24,000 bases of DNA from Lancefieldella sp. Marseille-Q7238 (GCF_949152215.1 NZ_OX424407.1:414530-438529); one strand, 5' to 3'. Numbered from the stretch's first letter, positions 10,789 to 19,632 are shown. Program-made: numbers and translations. The notes: generated from the sequence alone by a model not told the origin.

Positions 10789-11337
10789 TTAGTTGGCAGC
10801 CTTCGCAGAGACGCAAAGGATGGGAGCGCCCGCTTCAATCTTTTCGGTCGGCTCTACGGGAGTAACGCCTGCAAGCTCAGAGGTATTGGTTATCGCAATG
10901 ATAATAACCTCAGGATGTTTCGCGGCGTGGATTTTTTTCAAATCAAAGCTCATGAGCGGTTGACCAGCCTTGACTTCCTCGTCCTGTTTGACAAAAGAGA
11001 TAAAGCCATCTCCGCGCATCTCAACAGTATCAACACCGACATGAATCAGAATCTCAAGGCCGTCTTTGGAGGTAAGGCCAAGCGCATGCATGGTTGGAGT
11101 GGTCGCACTGACAACGCCGCTTACTGGGGCGTAGATGACGCCTTCTTCGGGCCAGATACCATAACCCTCGCCCAAAACACCGCCGGAAAAAACAGGATCG
11201 GGAACATCGGCCAAGGCAACGCCACGACCCGTAGCAGGCGCGAAAACGGTCAGTTTTTTCTCATGTACGTGGATAGGCTCCGGCACGGCGTTCTTCTCGC
11301 CAGCAGACTGTTTCTTCAGAAAATCCAGTAGGCCCAT
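10789..11337 (-). CDS. crr: Stand-alone PTS EIIA, glucose family (Crr-like), 182 aa
   Basis: EIIA-Glc signature is present: TMHALGLTSKDGLEILIHVGVDTVEMRGDGF holds the two conserved His residues. I chose ATG 11337 as the start (MGLLDFLKK), preceded by GGGGGAG. An in-frame ATG at 11349 is an alternative. The track ORF extends to 11409. Confidence 0.88.
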   Translation of the reverse strand: MGLLDFLKKQSAGEKNAVPEPIHVHEKKLTVFAPATGRGVALADVPDPVFSGGVLGEGYGIWPEEGVIYAPVSGVVSATTPTMHALGLTSKDGLEILIHVGVDTVEMRGDGFISFVKQDEEVKAGQPLMSFDLKKIHAAKHPEVIIIAITNTSELAGVTPVEPTEKIEAGAPILCVSAKAAN

Positions 11338-11377
11338 AATCTCCCCCATATGGCTCGCTTGAATATCACTGCTTTTA

Positions 11378-11386
11378 ATAGTACCA
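11378..11386 (-). promoter_or_regulatory. Extended -10 element (TGGTACTAT) for the crr-yigZ operon
   Basis: The minus strand reads CACTGGTACTATTAAAAGC, which matches TGnTAnnnT. It lies about 40 nt upstream of the crr-like start. No convincing -35 is present. Confidence 0.35.
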
Positions 11387-11433
11387 GTGTCGAATGCGCC
11401 GCGTAGCAAACTTTTCTATTGGGCTCGATTTAG

Positions 11434-11442
11434 TGTTACAAT
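11434..11442 (+). promoter_or_regulatory. Extended -10 promoter (TGTTACAAT) of rnpB
   Basis: TGTTACAAT occupies 11434-11442. The predicted TSS 7-8 nt downstream coincides with the first base of the P1 helix of the RNase P RNA (~11451). Confidence 0.55.
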
Positions 11443-11450
11443 CGCCTCTG

Positions 11451-11815
11451 CAAAGCGGGCCAGACGACCGCGGGGCGACCATCCAGTCTTGGAGGGCTGC
11501 CATGAGGAAAGTCCGGGCTCCACGGGCAGGATGCTGGCTAACGGCCAGGCGGGGTGACCCGACGGAAAGTGCCGCAGAAAAGAAGACTCTCACCTGCGCG
11601 CAAGCGTAAAGAGAAAAGCTGAAACGGTAGTGTAAGAGACTACCAGCGCTCTGGCGACAGGGCGGCTTGGTAAACCCCCATCCGGAGCAAACGCAAATAG
11701 GAGCGCTATGGTGTAGCCCGCACTGCGCTCGGGTTGCGCGCTAGAGGATGTCGGCAACGGCATTCGTAGATAAATGGTCGTCCACGACAGAACCCGGCTT
11801 ACAGGCCCGCTTTGC
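11451..11815 (+). ncRNA. rnpB: RNase P RNA, bacterial type A
   Basis: The universally conserved GAGGAAAGTCCGGGCTCCA is at 11504-11522 and ACAGAACCCGGCTTA at 11787-11801 (the P4 strands). The terminal P1 helix pairs AAAGCGGGCC (11452-11461) with GGCCCGCTTT (11804-11813). Internal GGAAAGTGCCGCAGAAA and GGTAAACCCC motifs match E. coli-type (type A) architecture. Ends are accurate to about 5 nt. Confidence 0.93.
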
Positions 11816-11851
11816 TCTTTCCAAAAAATCGAGAAGATCCGTGGTTTTCGG

Positions 11852-11900
11852 CTATCTCCTATCCCTATCTCTTATCCCTTGTCCCCTATGCCTTGTCCAC
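11852..11900. repeat. Degenerate ~7-bp pyrimidine-rich tandem repeat (YTATCYC-like, about 7 units)
   Basis: The units are CTATCTC CTATCCC TATCTCT TATCCCT TGTCCCC TATGCCT TGTCCAC. TATC(T/C)C or TGTCC cores recur at 11853, 11860, 11866, 11873, 11880, 11887 and 11894. The tract spans the stop codon (11886-11888) of the minus-strand oxidoreductase gene and its 3' flank. Confidence 0.4.
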
Positions 11901-12866
11901 CGGAAAACACACACCCGTGTCATAGCGCGCGTCGGTGAGAACCTGAGACACCGCCAAGCTGATTTCAAGCTGACGAGCGCAATGTTTTCTGTTTCCGGTA
12001 TCAATAGCACGGGCAAAGGCTTCAAATTCCGCCTGATAATGATTCGCAGGATTGAGATCAATCTCTTCCTCTGCTTTCCCGCGCAGCAGAAGAGTCGCAC
12101 GGCCACACACTCCAGGCGCCGTATGCTGTACAAGATAGCCCTTCTCGCCCTCGATAACCGAGCGGTTTGGTCCATCGCAATCCTTTGCGTCCAGCGCCAC
12201 AGCCTGAAAATCACCGTAATCAAGCGTCGTAATACCGGAAGTATCAATGCCACGCTGGATAGTAGCGGCGCGTCGCACTCGCTGAGGCTTGCCAAAAAGA
12301 CCCACAATCCACGTCACAGCATATAGGCCGATATCCATCAAGGAGCCACCTGACGCCCCCAGGGTAAACGCGCGCGGATTCTGTCCTGCGCAAAAAGCGT
12401 CATAGCGGCTGGAATATTGACTGTACTCTGACGACACGAGCCGTATTGCGCCCAGTTGCGGCAGCGCTTCCCGGATAGCCTGATAGTTTGGTTGATAAAG
12501 CGTTGTAGTCGCCTCATACAGGAAGAGATTTTTCGCGCGAGCAAAATCTGCTAGCTTCTGAGCCTCAGCAAAATTCGATGTCATCGGCTTCTCAACAATG
12601 ACGTTCTTATCCGCCTCAAGCGCAGCTTGAGCAAGCGAGAAGTGCGTGTTGTTGGGGGTGGTAATGTAGACCGTATCAAACTCAGCGCCTGCCAGGGCGT
12701 CCTTGAAGGAGCTATAAGCGGCACTTCTCATCAGCTGCGCGAGCTCTTGAGCTGCGTCAAAGGAGCGCGGCGTGCTCACCACCGCGGCAAACTCATAGCC
12801 CCACGCCACAAGGTACGATACAACTTGATGCGCGATCTTTCCGGTGCCAATCACTGCGAGTTTCAT
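11886..12866 (-). CDS. Gfo/Idh/MocA-family NAD(P)-dependent oxidoreductase, 326 aa
   Basis: N-terminal Rossmann motif MKLAVIGTGKIAHQ and the family EKP motif (NVIVEKPMTSNFAEAQKL) are present. The start is ATG 12866, preceded by an AAGGGAAA SD. Confidence 0.85.
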   Translation of the reverse strand: MKLAVIGTGKIAHQVVSYLVAWGYEFAAVVSTPRSFDAAQELAQLMRSAAYSSFKDALAGAEFDTVYITTPNNTHFSLAQAALEADKNVIVEKPMTSNFAEAQKLADFARAKNLFLYEATTTLYQPNYQAIREALPQLGAIRLVSSEYSQYSSRYDAFCAGQNPRAFTLGASGGSLMDIGLYAVTWIVGLFGKPQRVRRAATIQRGIDTSGITTLDYGDFQAVALDAKDCDGPNRSVIEGEKGYLVQHTAPGVCGRATLLLRGKAEEEIDLNPANHYQAEFEAFARAIDTGNRKHCARQLEISLAVSQVLTDARYDTGVCFPVDKA

Positions 12867-13030
12867 GTCATTTCCCTTCTTGCGCTTCTGATGCTAAAAG
12901 TATACGTCGAGCTGCCACAGAGCCTTTCAAGAGCTGCAAAAAACGGCGAAACGCTCGAGCAATCTGGCACACGCCTGCCGGATATGTCTACAATGAAATA
13001 TCAAAAGCAAGGCAAGCAGATTGGAACTTC

Positions 13031-13852
13031 ATGCCCTCCTACAAGCTCATCGCAAGCGATCTTGATGAAACGTTGCTTGACTCGAATCATTGTCTTCCTG
13101 AAAACGCGCGCAAGGCCATCCTTGCCGCGAGAAACAAAGGGGTCAAGTTTGTTCCCGCGTCAGGCAGAAACTACCAGAGCATTCAGATTACCTTGAAAGA
13201 GCTTGGTCTTTATGATCAACCGAATGAATACACCATCTCGTTTAACAGCGGTGTTATCACCGAAAACAAAGGCAACCGCGTCATCAGCATGGAAGGTATA
13301 TCGCGCGCATTCGCGAATGAGGTGCTGCAAAGAGCGCTTGCCCTCGGCAATCTCTGCGTTCATGTGTATACGGCTCACAAGATCTGGGCGTGGAACGTTC
13401 CTGAAATTGAGCGCCGCTATACTTGCAAGCTGCAAAAGATGGATGAAACCGATGAGCCAAACCTCGACTTTCTCGCCGACGAGCAAATCATTAAATGCCT
13501 GGTCATGAATACGAACGTAGCGTATCTTCACCAGCTTGCGCAAGAATGGCAGGATATCACGGACGACATAGACGTCAGCTTTTCTGCCAATCGCTATCTT
13601 GAATTTAATAAAAAGGGCGTCAATAAGGGTACGGGCCTCCTGCGCCTGGGAGAAATTCTCGACATTCCCGCAGAAGAGATTATCGCTATCGGAGATAACT
13701 ACAACGACCTGCCCATGGTTAAAACCGCAGGCCTCGGAGTACTCATGGCAAACGCCCCCAAAGAACTTAAATGTCAAGCGGACTATGTGACTACCCTCGA
13801 CAACAACGCCGGCGGCGTCGCTGAGGTTATCGAGAAATTCGTTCTATCCTAG
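13031..13852 (+). CDS. Cof-type HAD-IIB family hydrolase (sugar-phosphate phosphatase-like), 273 aa
   Basis: HAD motif I is in LIASDLDETLLD, motif II in FVPASGRNY and motif IV in IAIGDNYNDLPMVKTAG. The cap region is of Cof-type length. A TACAAT hexamer at 12989-12994 is a possible -10. Confidence 0.88.
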   Translation: MPSYKLIASDLDETLLDSNHCLPENARKAILAARNKGVKFVPASGRNYQSIQITLKELGLYDQPNEYTISFNSGVITENKGNRVISMEGISRAFANEVLQRALALGNLCVHVYTAHKIWAWNVPEIERRYTCKLQKMDETDEPNLDFLADEQIIKCLVMNTNVAYLHQLAQEWQDITDDIDVSFSANRYLEFNKKGVNKGTGLLRLGEILDIPAEEIIAIGDNYNDLPMVKTAGLGVLMANAPKELKCQADYVTTLDNNAGGVAEVIEKFVLS

Positions 13853-13864
13853 CGTCAAAAAAGA

Positions 13865-14479
13865 CTATATGTTCTCACTAGGGATACGAACTACCTTAGT
13901 TCCTCCAATGAAATCGTGCAGCGCGCGATGGCCTTTGGTAAACCACAACATAGCCACACTTATCAAACTGATTGCAATGCCCACATACATCCCATACGCT
14001 ACATTGATTCCCAAGACGAGCTGCAATACATTGCGAAGGACCGTGCTTGCCGTCACGAGAGCGCCTTCCACAACAATAATGCCTATAACCTGCCTCAGCA
14101 AAAGCTGAGACACTGATGCCTTTGAGCCATCCGCCGAAACGATTTTTACATGCAAAAAGTGCTTTCCTAGGGTCTGACCCTGCCACACCAACGCGGGCAA
14201 CACTACAAAGTACAAAACCGCGCAAAGCAGCGAAAAAAATCCTGCAACAAGCCCATAGGGAGCTTCAAAAGAGAGGATGTTTTGCATAGTCACATCACCA
14301 TAAAGTTTTTGCGCGCAAATGGCCATCGGAAGCGCTGTCACTAAGGCACCAATATACCAATCGATTAGATAGGCGATAAAACGTACGCCAAGATGGGCGT
14401 CAGGCAAAAGATTCGTCTTGCCAGGCGCTACGCAGCGCTCTTGAATATCTACATTAGCATTTTTGATATCGGTATCCAC
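13865..14479 (-). CDS. RDD-family integral membrane protein, 204 aa
   Basis: The RDD domain pattern is present (GVRFIAYLIDWYIG ... TLGKHFLHVKIV ... ALHDFIGGTKVV) with about 3-4 TM segments. The start is GTG 14479 with a good SD (AAGAGGATAAA GTG), 24 nt after the cutC-like stop. Confidence 0.75.
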   Translation of the reverse strand: MDTDIKNANVDIQERCVAPGKTNLLPDAHLGVRFIAYLIDWYIGALVTALPMAICAQKLYGDVTMQNILSFEAPYGLVAGFFSLLCAVLYFVVLPALVWQGQTLGKHFLHVKIVSADGSKASVSQLLLRQVIGIIVVEGALVTASTVLRNVLQLVLGINVAYGMYVGIAISLISVAMLWFTKGHRALHDFIGGTKVVRIPSENI

Positions 14480-14503
14480 TTTATCCTCTTACATGTTCTG
14501 TCG

Positions 14504-15355
14504 CTAGGCTGGCAGTTCCGAGACGTTTTTGACAAGCTGACAAACGCGTTCGAATGTAACTTTTTCATACCCCACAGTGTCCGCGCCGTCAAGGTAGGCA
14601 AAGCTTACGAAAGGCGATTGGGTGGTGGGATCCTCTACCTTACTCTTGCACGAAGCGTGCACCTGGCCCACGTTAGTCTCCCGTATAAACCGACTCACAT
14701 TATCCGGCGTAATGCCCGAACCAGGAAGAATCTCAATCTCAGCACCATACTCTCTTTGAAGACGTGCAATCAAAGACACGCCGGCAAGCGCGGTCGGACG
14801 CTGTCCTGAAGTGAGGACTCTGTCGGCATGAACCAGTTCGATAAGAGCCTCAATGGCATCAAAAGGTTGAGGTGTCATATCAAAAGCACGATGAAAGACC
14901 GCAACAGCACCCGCCTCATGGACAATATCGGCCAATACGCGCGAGCGAGCTAGATCTACCGTGGAAACAGGCGTCAGTATGCCAAAGGCAATCCCATCCG
15001 CACCTGCTGCAAGGAGCGCTTTCGTTTCTGCTTTCATCTGCTCAAATTCAGCGTCTGAATAGGCAAAACCGGCGGCACGCGGACGAACCATGCATATCGT
15101 TTCAAGTGAGGTATGTGCTTTGACAAGCCGCAGACTTGCGGCGCTTGGCGTCAGACCTCCCAAAGGCAGGGCAGAATTGAGTTCCACCCTCCGTGCGCCA
15201 CCCTTTTCCGCAGTCAGAGCATCGGCAAATCCTCCGCAGCAAATCTCAACAATGCGACCATGCATACCTTGAGCCTTTTGCACGTATCCTGTCTCCGACG
15301 TATCTTCAATCTTCGAAATATGCCTGCCCTTAGACACGTATTCTGTCTTTCGCAT
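14504..15355 (-). CDS. cutC: CutC-family protein (TIM-barrel 'copper homeostasis' family), up to 283 aa
   Basis: The CutC N-terminal signature IVEICCGGFADALTAEKGGARRVELNSALPLGGLTPS is present. ATG 15355 has AAGGAG about 13 nt upstream. The conserved core begins right after an internal ATG at 15265 (MHGRIVEICC), so the 30-aa N-terminal extension is uncertain. Confidence 0.8.
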   Translation of the reverse strand: MRKTEYVSKGRHISKIEDTSETGYVQKAQGMHGRIVEICCGGFADALTAEKGGARRVELNSALPLGGLTPSAASLRLVKAHTSLETICMVRPRAAGFAYSDAEFEQMKAETKALLAAGADGIAFGILTPVSTVDLARSRVLADIVHEAGAVAVFHRAFDMTPQPFDAIEALIELVHADRVLTSGQRPTALAGVSLIARLQREYGAEIEILPGSGITPDNVSRFIRETNVGQVHASCKSKVEDPTTQSPFVSFAYLDGADTVGYEKVTFERVCQLVKNVSELPA

Positions 15356-15387
15356 AGTTGAGGCGACTCCTTTTCACAGACTTTGTC

Positions 15388-16512
15388 TTACCGGGAAAGC
15401 TCGTAAAGACTTAAGGCGTAAATCTTCGCGTTTTTGATGATATCGCTGATGGACATCCACTCGTCTGGCAGATGTCCTATACCCTTTTGTCCGGGAAACG
15501 AAGGTCCAAACGGCACAATATGAGGCATCAGTTTGGCATAGGTCCCGCCTGTAGTAGTTACCGGCGTACCATCAAGCCCCGTCACACGCTCATATGTTGA
15601 TTGCAGTGTTTTTACAAGATGAGAAGAGCGGTCAAACCGCACAGGATCCCAGTTTAGCACTGTTTCTACACGTATTTCCGGAAGAGCCGCTTGTATACGA
15701 CCTAGCAGTTCAGCTGCAGTAATACCTGCGGGATAACTTATGGCCATTTCAACATAGCGCATTTGAGAATCAATACGGTAGTTTTTTGTCTGGAGTTTTC
15801 CAAATTCCTTATGCGCATATGCAATCCCAAAAGTCTCCCCTGTATCGCGAGTATTCAAGACACATGAGTTTAGGAGACCTGCAACATCTTCAGGCTTGCC
15901 ACTTCGCGGGAAAAGACGGACTACAAGCCGACCACGCTCGGCATATACCACCGGATACTTGCAGTCAGGCGTAAAGCCCATAACGGGTGGCTTCTCATGT
16001 GCAAGGTAATACTCAAGATCTCCAAAGCCGGTTTCTTCATTGCAACCGAATATGATTCGGATCTGGGTTTCTGGCTCAAATCCTAATTTTTTGAGAGCGG
16101 CTAGCGCGTAGAGACACGCGTAGATAGGACCTTTGTTGTCAAGAACACCTCTGCCGTATATGATGCCCCCTGCTACTTCCGCGCCAAACGGCTCATGTGT
16201 CCATCCAAAACCAGCAGGTACTACATCCAGATGACCTACCGCACAGATATATTCTTCCGATGAGCCAAAGGATGCGTATCCCATATAATCATCAACGTTT
16301 TTTGTTGTGAATCCAAGCTCAGAAGCATCAAACAACGCCTGCTTAAGAGCGTACTTTACTCCTATTCCAAAAGGAGCCTCAGGAGTCGGTTCGCCTTGCA
16401 CGCTGTTAATGCGCGCGATGTTTTTGATGGCCTCAATCATATATGGCGCAAAAGCGTCAACAGCCTTGAAGATAACTTCATCAGAGAATGTGTTTTTCGC
16501 AGAAACAGCCAT
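15388..16512 (-). CDS. M20-family metallopeptidase (PepV/Sapep-like dipeptidase, short form), 374 aa
   Basis: Metal-ligand and catalytic motifs GHLDVVPAG, GRGVLDNKGP and GCNEETG are present. There is no signal peptide. ATG 16512 lies 2 nt after the upstream gene's TAA (TAA AA ATG), which suggests translational coupling. Confidence 0.82.
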   Translation of the reverse strand: MAVSAKNTFSDEVIFKAVDAFAPYMIEAIKNIARINSVQGEPTPEAPFGIGVKYALKQALFDASELGFTTKNVDDYMGYASFGSSEEYICAVGHLDVVPAGFGWTHEPFGAEVAGGIIYGRGVLDNKGPIYACLYALAALKKLGFEPETQIRIIFGCNEETGFGDLEYYLAHEKPPVMGFTPDCKYPVVYAERGRLVVRLFPRSGKPEDVAGLLNSCVLNTRDTGETFGIAYAHKEFGKLQTKNYRIDSQMRYVEMAISYPAGITAAELLGRIQAALPEIRVETVLNWDPVRFDRSSHLVKTLQSTYERVTGLDGTPVTTTGGTYAKLMPHIVPFGPSFPGQKGIGHLPDEWMSISDIIKNAKIYALSLYELSR

Positions 16513-16514
16513 TT

Positions 16515-17483
16515 TTATATCAGCTCCACCGGCGCAGTACGCGCTGTCATGTATTCATCAAGCCACGCTTTCGTGGCCGGTTGATAGACGGTATGGGAGC
16601 CTTGGCGCTCTGCAACGTACACGACAGGTGCAAGTTCTTCTGTAGCCACCACAAAGGAAAATCCGTCTATATTGGTAGCCGCACCCCATGCTCCCTGAGC
16701 ATTCATAGCAACGATTGAAAGGTCTCCTGCAGAGCCACGCACGCGCCTGAGCTTCTCATCAAGAGCGGCAACTGCTTGCTCGCATGCTTCCTGAGGTCTC
16801 AGACCCTCTCCCATAAGCCGTACCACCTCATATGAGATGCAGCCTCTCATGCAGTCCTCACCCAGACCTGTTACTGTGGCACCACCACGACAGCTATCGG
16901 CATAAAGTCCCGCTCCACATATGGGAGAATCACCAATGCGTCCAGGACGTTTCATAAACAGTCCACTGGTAGAAGTTGCCGAGGCAATCGTGCCCTTAGC
17001 ATCCAGACACACCATACCAACAGTATCGTGACCCGCATAGGGTTTCAGATCCGTATGAATAGCTGTGCCGCCATCAGTTTTGAGACGGTTCATATAGCGA
17101 ATTCTCGCTCGGTCAGTAAGCATTGTTTTGCGCTCAAACCCCTGACGTGCCGCATACTTCTCGGCACCTTCTCCCATCAGCACGCAATTGGCAGTAGTTT
17201 GGGAAAGAGCGCGGGCAATAGATACGGGATTTGCAAAATCCTTGAGAGCCCCAACGGAACCGAAAGCAAGTGTATCGCCGTCCATAAAGCCAGCATCAAG
17301 CTCTACGTCTCCTTCAGCATTGGGAAGACCACCAAAACCTACGGATTTGTAATACGGGAAATCCTCCACTTTACGGACGGCGGCTTCAACGGCATCACCT
17401 GCCGACTCACCTTCTGCAAGCATACACGCCGCTCCGGAGACGCCTTCCAACGCCATACGCCATGTAGCAATAATTCCCCACAT
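16515..17483 (-). CDS. Ntn-hydrolase of the asparaginase-2 (T2) family, glycosylasparaginase (aspartylglucosaminidase)-like, 322 aa
   Basis: The autoprocessing/nucleophile site GHDTVGMVCLD has the HDT(I/V)GMV form seen in glycosylasparaginases, rather than the G-TVGAVA form of IaaA. The substrate-binding segment is TSTSGLFMKRPGRIGDSPICGAGLYAD. No signal peptide is present (MWGIIATWRM...). A GGAGGACGG SD precedes the start. Confidence 0.75.
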   Translation of the reverse strand: MWGIIATWRMALEGVSGAACMLAEGESAGDAVEAAVRKVEDFPYYKSVGFGGLPNAEGDVELDAGFMDGDTLAFGSVGALKDFANPVSIARALSQTTANCVLMGEGAEKYAARQGFERKTMLTDRARIRYMNRLKTDGGTAIHTDLKPYAGHDTVGMVCLDAKGTIASATSTSGLFMKRPGRIGDSPICGAGLYADSCRGGATVTGLGEDCMRGCISYEVVRLMGEGLRPQEACEQAVAALDEKLRRVRGSAGDLSIVAMNAQGAWGAATNIDGFSFVVATEELAPVVYVAERQGSHTVYQPATKAWLDEYMTARTAPVELI

Positions 17484-17608
17484 ACTATCCGTCCTCCGTT
17501 CTTTTAAATCTCTCTTTAGCCCGAAGTCACTGCTTTATCGTTTGCCGCTGCTACACGTTCGATTATTTTGTGTACATCTCTTTTTTGTATACGCCTCTTT
17601 GCGGTACG

Positions 17609-18136
17609 TTAGAAGCAATATTCCTTTTGAAGTTCGCTGATACGGACACTGTCACCGGAATGCAACGCATCAGCCAGATCACAAATCGCGCGCAATGAAC
17701 GGTCAAGGCCAATCCCGCCCTTCTTGGGAGTTTTCACCAACGACACGCGGTCTTTGTAGACAGCAATAGTCTCTTCGTTTTCCTCGGAGAGTGCTGCAAA
17801 TGCCTGAGATGTACCCGTCTCCTGTACGGCAAGAGCAACTTCAGCAGCCATACGACCAAAACCGAGGTAATTGAAAGCGGGACCGCATATGACTACGTCA
17901 GGCTTTATCTTCTCGACCATAGCGCAATACTTGCGAAGGCATTCCTGTCTGTTTTGAGCATAGTAGCCGTCGCCACAGTACAAACACGCCAGAACATGAC
18001 CGTCAATTGCCTTCAAATATGGCTCCATCATGATTGCGGGTCCAACGGCACCCTTCATGATTCCCAAAGGAACCATATGATCATCTTTAATGCCGGCGCC
18101 CGCCTGGATCTGATCGAATACCATCACTATCTTCAT
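17609..18136 (-). CDS. Short GrdB/PrdB-family (selenoprotein B N-terminal region)-like protein, 175 aa, no Sec
   Basis: Track ORF is 17609-18484. I trimmed the start to ATG 18136 (MKIVMVFDQIQAGAGIKDDHMVPLGIMKGAVGP...LYCGDGYY...KPDVVICGPAFNYLGFGRMAAEVA). From memory, this follows the N-terminal pattern of glycine/sarcosine/betaine reductase component B (...INQFFAGIGGEE...ICGD.YF...AGPAFNAGRYG). The ORF ends at TAA 17609-17611 after only about 175 aa. The discarded 116 upstream codons are R/L/W-rich and overlap the EIIC 3' end. Confidence 0.55.
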   Translation of the reverse strand: MKIVMVFDQIQAGAGIKDDHMVPLGIMKGAVGPAIMMEPYLKAIDGHVLACLYCGDGYYAQNRQECLRKYCAMVEKIKPDVVICGPAFNYLGFGRMAAEVALAVQETGTSQAFAALSEENEETIAVYKDRVSLVKTPKKGGIGLDRSLRAICDLADALHSGDSVRISELQKEYCF

Positions 18137-18209
18137 ATGCAAATCCCGCCTTCCAAACGCGTCTAACCGCGCATACTTGCATTCAAAATCAAAACGAAAA
18201 TCGTACGCA

Positions 18210-19589
18210 TCACAGGTCATCAAAGGAAAGGTTATCAAGGTCGATATCGTCAGCCTCATCAGTCTTGGCCATCTTGGCAACGCTCTCCCGCTCTTCCTTA
18301 AGATATTCGTTATCCATAGCCTTAATAAACGGTATGTAGATAAAGACGCCCATAACAAGAAGGAGCGCTTGCAGGAGCGCACCGGCCCAGTTGGTAGCCA
18401 GGAAACCGGAAATAATAACCGGCATCGTCCAGGGAATATTGATACCTGAACATACCGGAACCAGTCCGAGCGACATACAAGCATAAGAAATTACGATATT
18501 GAGCGTCGGAACCAGCATAAAGGGAATTAACATCGCGGGGTTCAGCACAAGGGGAAGGCCGAAGACAATTGGTTCGTTGATGCCAAAAATACCGGGCACG
18601 AGAGCCAACTTTGAAAGTTTCTTTATGCGCTCAGACTTGCAAACCATAAACATGGCAATAACAAGAGAAAGCGTTGAGCCACAGCCGCCAAAAGTTGCAA
18701 AGAGATCTTGGAACTGTTGACAGATAATGTGAGGGGATCCAGCCCCAGTGGTAAAGAAAGCTACGTTTTCAGCTGAAAGCGTCTGAAGAATAGGATTGAA
18801 TACGGCGCCTACCACAGAACCGCCGTTGATGCCAAAGAACCAGAAAAGGTGCAGGAAGATATAGGCAACTACCATAGCCCCTAGCGTATCACCAAGATTG
18901 AGAAGCGGCGTCTGCAAAAACTTGTAAACGATGGTAAACGCATCGGTTTGCGCAAGACCGAGCACGAGGTTGATGCTAAAGAAAACAATCATAACAACGC
19001 AGGCAGGAATAAGTGCTGAGAAAGACTTGACGACAGTGGGAGGTACTCCGGGAGGCATCTTGATAGTCCAGCCCCTGTCTTCAACCCATTTATAAATGTG
19101 AACAGATACAAAAGCACAGATAATGCCGATAAAGATACCTTTAGCGCCGACCCATCCGGTAGAGATGCCTGGAATAGTCACAGCAGTCTTCTCGCCATTG
19201 ATAAGCGCAGATCCGTTCACCCAGTACGGCATAAGAAGGAACCAGGACATGACCGCAGTCGCCGCGGCAAAAATCTTATCCGTCTTCATCTCACGCGCAA
19301 ATGAATAAGCAATGCCGATCACAGCAAAGATTGCCATAATTGAAAAGGTTGCCGACGAGGGTTTAGACACAAAGGCTTCGAGCGTTTCACCAGTACTTTG
19401 ATTGATGACAACGGAGGAAAGCCACTCCGTCCAAGCCGGAATAGGAAAGTTGGCAATGAGTAGGAAAATCGAGCCAGCGATAAGCAAGGGCGTCAGAACA
19501 AGAAAGCCGTCGCGAAGCGCAACAAGATACTTGTTCTTACCAATAGCTTCCGCAAGCGGCAACAGCATTTTTTCAAGCCGTTCCATCAT
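18210..19589 (-). CDS. PTS EIIC, lactose/cellobiose (chitobiose) family, 459 aa
   Basis: The N-terminus MMERLEKMLLPLAEAIGKNKYLVALRDGF matches the CelB/ChbC-type motif. About 10 TM segments follow. An unusual ~35-aa acidic C-terminal tail is present (EERESVAKMAKTDEADDIDLDNLSFDDL). A GGAGAAAG SD lies upstream of ATG 19589. Confidence 0.9.
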   Translation of the reverse strand: MMERLEKMLLPLAEAIGKNKYLVALRDGFLVLTPLLIAGSIFLLIANFPIPAWTEWLSSVVINQSTGETLEAFVSKPSSATFSIMAIFAVIGIAYSFAREMKTDKIFAAATAVMSWFLLMPYWVNGSALINGEKTAVTIPGISTGWVGAKGIFIGIICAFVSVHIYKWVEDRGWTIKMPPGVPPTVVKSFSALIPACVVMIVFFSINLVLGLAQTDAFTIVYKFLQTPLLNLGDTLGAMVVAYIFLHLFWFFGINGGSVVGAVFNPILQTLSAENVAFFTTGAGSPHIICQQFQDLFATFGGCGSTLSLVIAMFMVCKSERIKKLSKLALVPGIFGINEPIVFGLPLVLNPAMLIPFMLVPTLNIVISYACMSLGLVPVCSGINIPWTMPVIISGFLATNWAGALLQALLLVMGVFIYIPFIKAMDNEYLKEERESVAKMAKTDEADDIDLDNLSFDDL

Positions 19590-19632
19590 GGTGCTTTCTC
19601 CAATCCACGCAAAGATCCGATACTGTTTTGTC

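Noticed and set aside
11375-11609. ORFs of 71-72 aa on both strands at 11375-11593 and 11394-11609.
   Set aside because: They overlap the RNase P RNA gene, whose conserved P4 motifs and P1 pairing explain the sequence.
17609-18484. The full 291-aa version of the GrdB-like ORF, and the idea of Sec (UGA) read-through that would produce a full-length selenoprotein B.
   Set aside because: The first 116 codons are R/L/W-rich, overlap the EIIC 3' end and lack an SD, whereas the family match begins exactly at ATG 18136. The ORF ends with TAA rather than TGA. The following 125 nt lead directly into the next gene's SD, leaving no room for a C-terminal GrdB half.
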